From: Antedon mediterranea
Taxonomy: Eukaryota > Animalia > Echinodermata
Length of the DNA: 64,000 nucleotides
Direction of reading: 5' to 3'
Assembly (NCBI RefSeq): GCF_964355755.1
Contig: NC_092680.1
Coordinates: 18,237,045 to 18,301,044 of the forward strand
The position numbers and the translations under genes were made by a program. This document shows, piece by piece, positions 59,763 to 64,000 of this stretch (position 1 is its first letter; every line of letters begins with the position of its first letter). The notes beneath the pieces were generated by a model. The model worked only from the letters and a program-made list of their open reading frames with translations, was not told the origin of the DNA and did not search any database.

Positions 59763-61255
59763 TGCATTTCCGCGCGCATTTGTCATGATATTTTAATAAA
59801 CGATGTATTCTGCAAAAAAAAAAGGAAAAAGAATTATCAAAATGGATATTCAACACCGTCAATATTTACGCGCTGTTTCCTTTTGAAATGTGTGTTAGGG
59901 CAATGATTGATGGTCTTGCAACACCATTTTATTATTATTATATATATTGATTTCGCAAACGATTCCAGTCAATTCTTATTAATTTGTAGACCTGTTATTT
60001 TTTACAGTTTCTGCGTCACAACTAGTACGTGACTTAAAACTGGAGCCATATATAATAACATAAGGCACTTAGAACGAATGGTCAACTGAATTACGCTGTT
60101 CTTTTGGTCGACCTCACCCAGTTGCTTCAGTAACATTCGTGACGAATGTTCATTAGGTTAAACATATTAGCTAAAATAAAAACGAGCTCTGGTGGCGTAT
60201 GTGGAACTCAATCTCCCAATGTATTTAATTAATACTTTATATCATACGAGCTCATGTAAACTTATACTCGTACTAACAACATGCAGCGTTCCACAAGCTA
60301 AAATAACACCGAAACCAGTCTACTTCTATTCTCGCTATGCTCAATATTCATATCTATCCTCCTCATGAATATTAATTAGATCAGAAAGATCGAGCTTAAA
60401 ACCACCTGTTATTAGTTATCATCAAGCAAATATATATGTTTAGGCCTATGTATGTAAATATCTATTTTCTTTATCTGTGTGTGCTAGATTTACTGCGTAA
60501 CACCAATCAATAAATCGATCAATCAATCAAATAGACTTTTTGTTGAATTTAACTATTTGTTTTGTCATTTTATAAGTGAAAACATTATTTTGTTCGTGTT
60601 TTTTTTTCTACGGAAGTTATAAACTTTATTAAAACTAAAAAATAACTAATTCAAAGTCTGATTTAAGTAATCTTAATTGTTTTTTTTTGGGGGGGGGGGA
60701 AGGGGGTGGCAATACATCTTTAACTGATGTCCCAGATTTATGAACTTTTAAATGTTTTATATTAAATAACAAACAGACAAGTTTATTTAGATACAGCCGT
60801 TTGAATGCTTTTAAGTTGTTTATACCACTATTCTAGTCATGTTAACATTTGACAAATGACTTTGTATTGAAACTTTAGGAAACGTAATTAGAAAGCATTT
60901 GCCAATTGCAGTATTCTCAATGTTCAGTTTCCTTAATCAAACTCCTCCCGATAGACCAATACCATTACTGTCAATCAAGAAATGCCCCTAGTTAAAGAAG
61001 TAGTTAATTACAGACAGTAATTACAGAATGCTCATGAGGTTGAGATTTGAACTGGACATGTTTTGAAACTAGTTCACATTCGGGCCAGTTTTTCATAAAA
61101 AGACAATTTGCTTAATTAGTGCTTATTTCTTCCTAATTAAGGTCACAAAATCGTAAGGAAGTTTTTCGCGAGGGATAGGTCTACATCAATGTATATCATG
61201 ATACATATACTGATTTCGTTTATGCAGCAATCGTGAGCGTAATTAGATAGCGTAA

Positions 61256-61335
61256 AGCTAAAAAAAGTGTGATGTACCTAAATATGGTAGTGATATGCTC
61301 AAATATGGTATTGATATGACATAATCATGTCCATA
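61256..61335. mobile_element. MITE family A, partial
   Basis: Core aaatatggtagtgatatg...catgtccatatatgggcaca. Confidence 0.65.
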
Positions 61336-63324
61336 TATGGGCACATAACATTTGTGACGTTATTTGCTAGATCTTGGTTTAAAATTAGTCTGGCCGTCCT
61401 TCTACATCTAAAATATCCAAAACACGTACACTTGATAAACATGTTTTGACGCGCGCTATAAACTCTGAAACGTGACCATAATTAGAATAGGCCTACGTGG
61501 TTTGTCTGTTTCACGTAATATGTTGGTCATTAGATTGTTGCAAACTCTAATTCAATCTGGATATCCCAAATGTACAACATAAACTGTAGACCTGCCCTAA
61601 GCATGTAGTTATTTTAAAGCTCAGGTACAGGCATGAATTTTAAATATAATATTTGGTTAATTGTACATAAATCAAATATTTGTAACAGAAATCAAGACGA
61701 AAAAACATGAATTTTCCTTAATATGGTCTAATACAAAATTTGGCAAAATTCTTCCATAAAAACCAGAAAGACTTTTTTTCGGTTACTATTAAGGGTCGCT
61801 TATGGTCTTTCCGATTGCTTTCTCTACAATACTATTTATTCTCCCATCTTGGGTGGCTATTGTAATAACGTGAGGAGAGAGCGCCATATCTCAATCTTGT
61901 CTGGAGGCAGAATCTCGTCTATGACACAATTATAATGCATGTTGAAAAAGATTGTATATCGAAGCGTTATAATATTTCTGAATTACGTAGGCCTTCCATG
62001 CCTAAAACGTGACAAAATTATTATTTCATTTATCTAACTTAACTCTTAACAGCATGACGTCTCTACTTTGTTCAAAATAAAAAATAGGTCTTGTGCAATT
62101 ATAAACCAATGTCCTACTCACTATTGCACACATCTTACAACCATTATGTCTCATTTAGTCCCTTGACGACCCGACTGGCTGCATTCTCAATGTTGCTGAA
62201 ATTAGGCTAACGTTAATGAACTTAACCTACTATACTACTCATGAGGGTTGAACTACTTTTACAAGTCCTCTGTCAATAAAGTTTATTCAAGTACGTGTCA
62301 TTTTTATTTTTATTTCAACTTATGAGGGATGACCCTTCAAATCAGACCCAGGCGTTCAAGGCATGTTTCTACATTACGGTACCGGTAATGTATTTCAAAT
62401 TCTCAGATAGGCCGTATATCGATTTATAAATGCTTGAATAATAGTTAAGAACCATGCATGCGATGGATTAAAATTACTCTTTTACAGTCTAAAAGTATAT
62501 ATATATAGTAAGTGTATATTGGTAACACTAGACATTATGTTATATCTAAAATATATGTGTATTTTAATAGACCTAGACACTATAGTTCATATGCCTAATG
62601 ACTGTCAACGGACAGTTGAGATATACCTAGTGACATCAGAAATAAGTTCTTTTGGAACGGAGCTCTTGGTTCGAAACCCATTGATGTTATTGGGTGTTTT
62701 CTTTATGTTGTTAGTTGAGAGCAGGGAAGAATGAAAAAGAGAGATTATTTAGAGTGATAGGCTGAGTTATATTTAGGAAATGTCTTGCAATCTCTTGGAA
62801 TTCAAAGAAACTCTTTGGGGAAACAGATTACACTCCTTGGATTATGTATACATTTTCTGAATCAATAGGAATTATTTCCTCTTAAAATCCAATGTTCTAA
62901 TTTGTTGTTCTTAACTCTCACGTGTCGTACACTATTATTTATGTAACATTTACTAAGACTTAATCGTGCTATGCGAGTTTTGTCGTTATAGCTTTCCTGA
63001 TAAGCAGTTATTACATTTTATCCCCATCAAATTTTATGACGTTGTTTATTCTGGACAATAGTTATTAGGCCATGAAACCTTTATTAATTCACGACATTTG
63101 CGAGATAAATATCTGCTTTGCTGTGCAACGCGGTTTTTTTAGATCAACAGCTGCCGCAGTTCGAAGCATAGCTTCATCATAGGATTGTCATTATGTAACT
63201 ACGATGTGTTGAAATAAAATATGTTCCATTTGTTTATTAGGTCTAGTAAAAATTTAAAATAAGTACAGCTTTATAAGCATTATAAAAAAATATATATAAA
63301 ATAATAGCCTTTTTAATGCTCTTC

Positions 63325-64000
63325 ATCAGATTGATGTTTTTCAGATAGATTGATCTTCAGTTGTAGTGATCTTTTTCAGGTGGATTGATCTTTTCCAATT
63401 GGATTGATCTTCCTCAGATAGATTGATGTTTTTCAGGTGGATTGATCTTCCTCGGATAGATTGATCTTTTTCAGGTGGATTGATCTTTTCCAATTGGATT
63501 GATCTTCCTCAGATAGATTGATGTTTTTCAGGTGGATTGATCTTCCTCAGATAGATTGATCTTTTTCAGGTGGATTGATCTTCCTCAGATAGATTGATGT
63601 TTTTCAGGTGGATTGATCTTCCTCAGATAGATTGATCTTTTTCAGGTGGATTGATCTTTTCCAATTGGATTGATCTTCCTCAGATAGATTGATGTTTTTT
63701 CAGGTGGATTGATCTTCCTCAGATAGATTGATATTTTTCAGGTGGATTGATCTTTTCCAATTGGATTGATCTTCCTCAGATAGATTGATGTTTTTCAGAT
63801 AGATTGATCTTCTTCAGTTGGATTGATCTTTTCAGATAAATTGATCTTCAGTTGGATTGATCTTCTTCAGATAGATTGATCTTTGATGTTTTTCAGATAG
63901 ATTAATCTTACTCAGATAGACTGATCTTTTTTAGATAGATTGATCTTCTTAAGTTGGATTGATCATCCTCAGATAGATTGATCTTTTTCAGGTGGATTGA
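63325..64000. repeat. 19-bp minisatellite with higher-order structure, runs off the window end
   Basis: Units TTGATCTTCCTCAGATAGA / TTGATGTTTTTCAGGTGGA / TTGATCTTTTCCAATTGGA. Confidence 0.95.

Overview
AT-rich metazoan (invertebrate-like, possibly echinoderm; taxon is inference only) genomic DNA. The only protein-coding gene I can support is a complete THO complex subunit 1 gene (THOC1/HPR1/p84N5) on the minus strand. It has 18 GT-AG coding exons from ATG 37454 to TGA 764 (1950 nt, 649 aa, C-terminal death domain) and a 16.4-kb intron (7491-23901). Introns and the 5' flank hold many non-autonomous mobile elements: nested Helentron/HINE and Helitron elements, PIF/Harbinger-like MITEs (including a five-element stack at one site), Kolobok-like elements, tRNA-derived SINEs, LINE 3' fragments and several minisatellites. 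The most interesting unexplained signal is a set of unique, GC-enriched, extensively self-complementary islands inside THOC1 introns. The best is 32691-33145, whose helices contain G-U pairs only on the pre-mRNA strand and which ends in an H/ACA-like module, so it is a candidate undescribed intronic structured RNA. All base-pairing was read by eye and needs computational folding and covariation tests.
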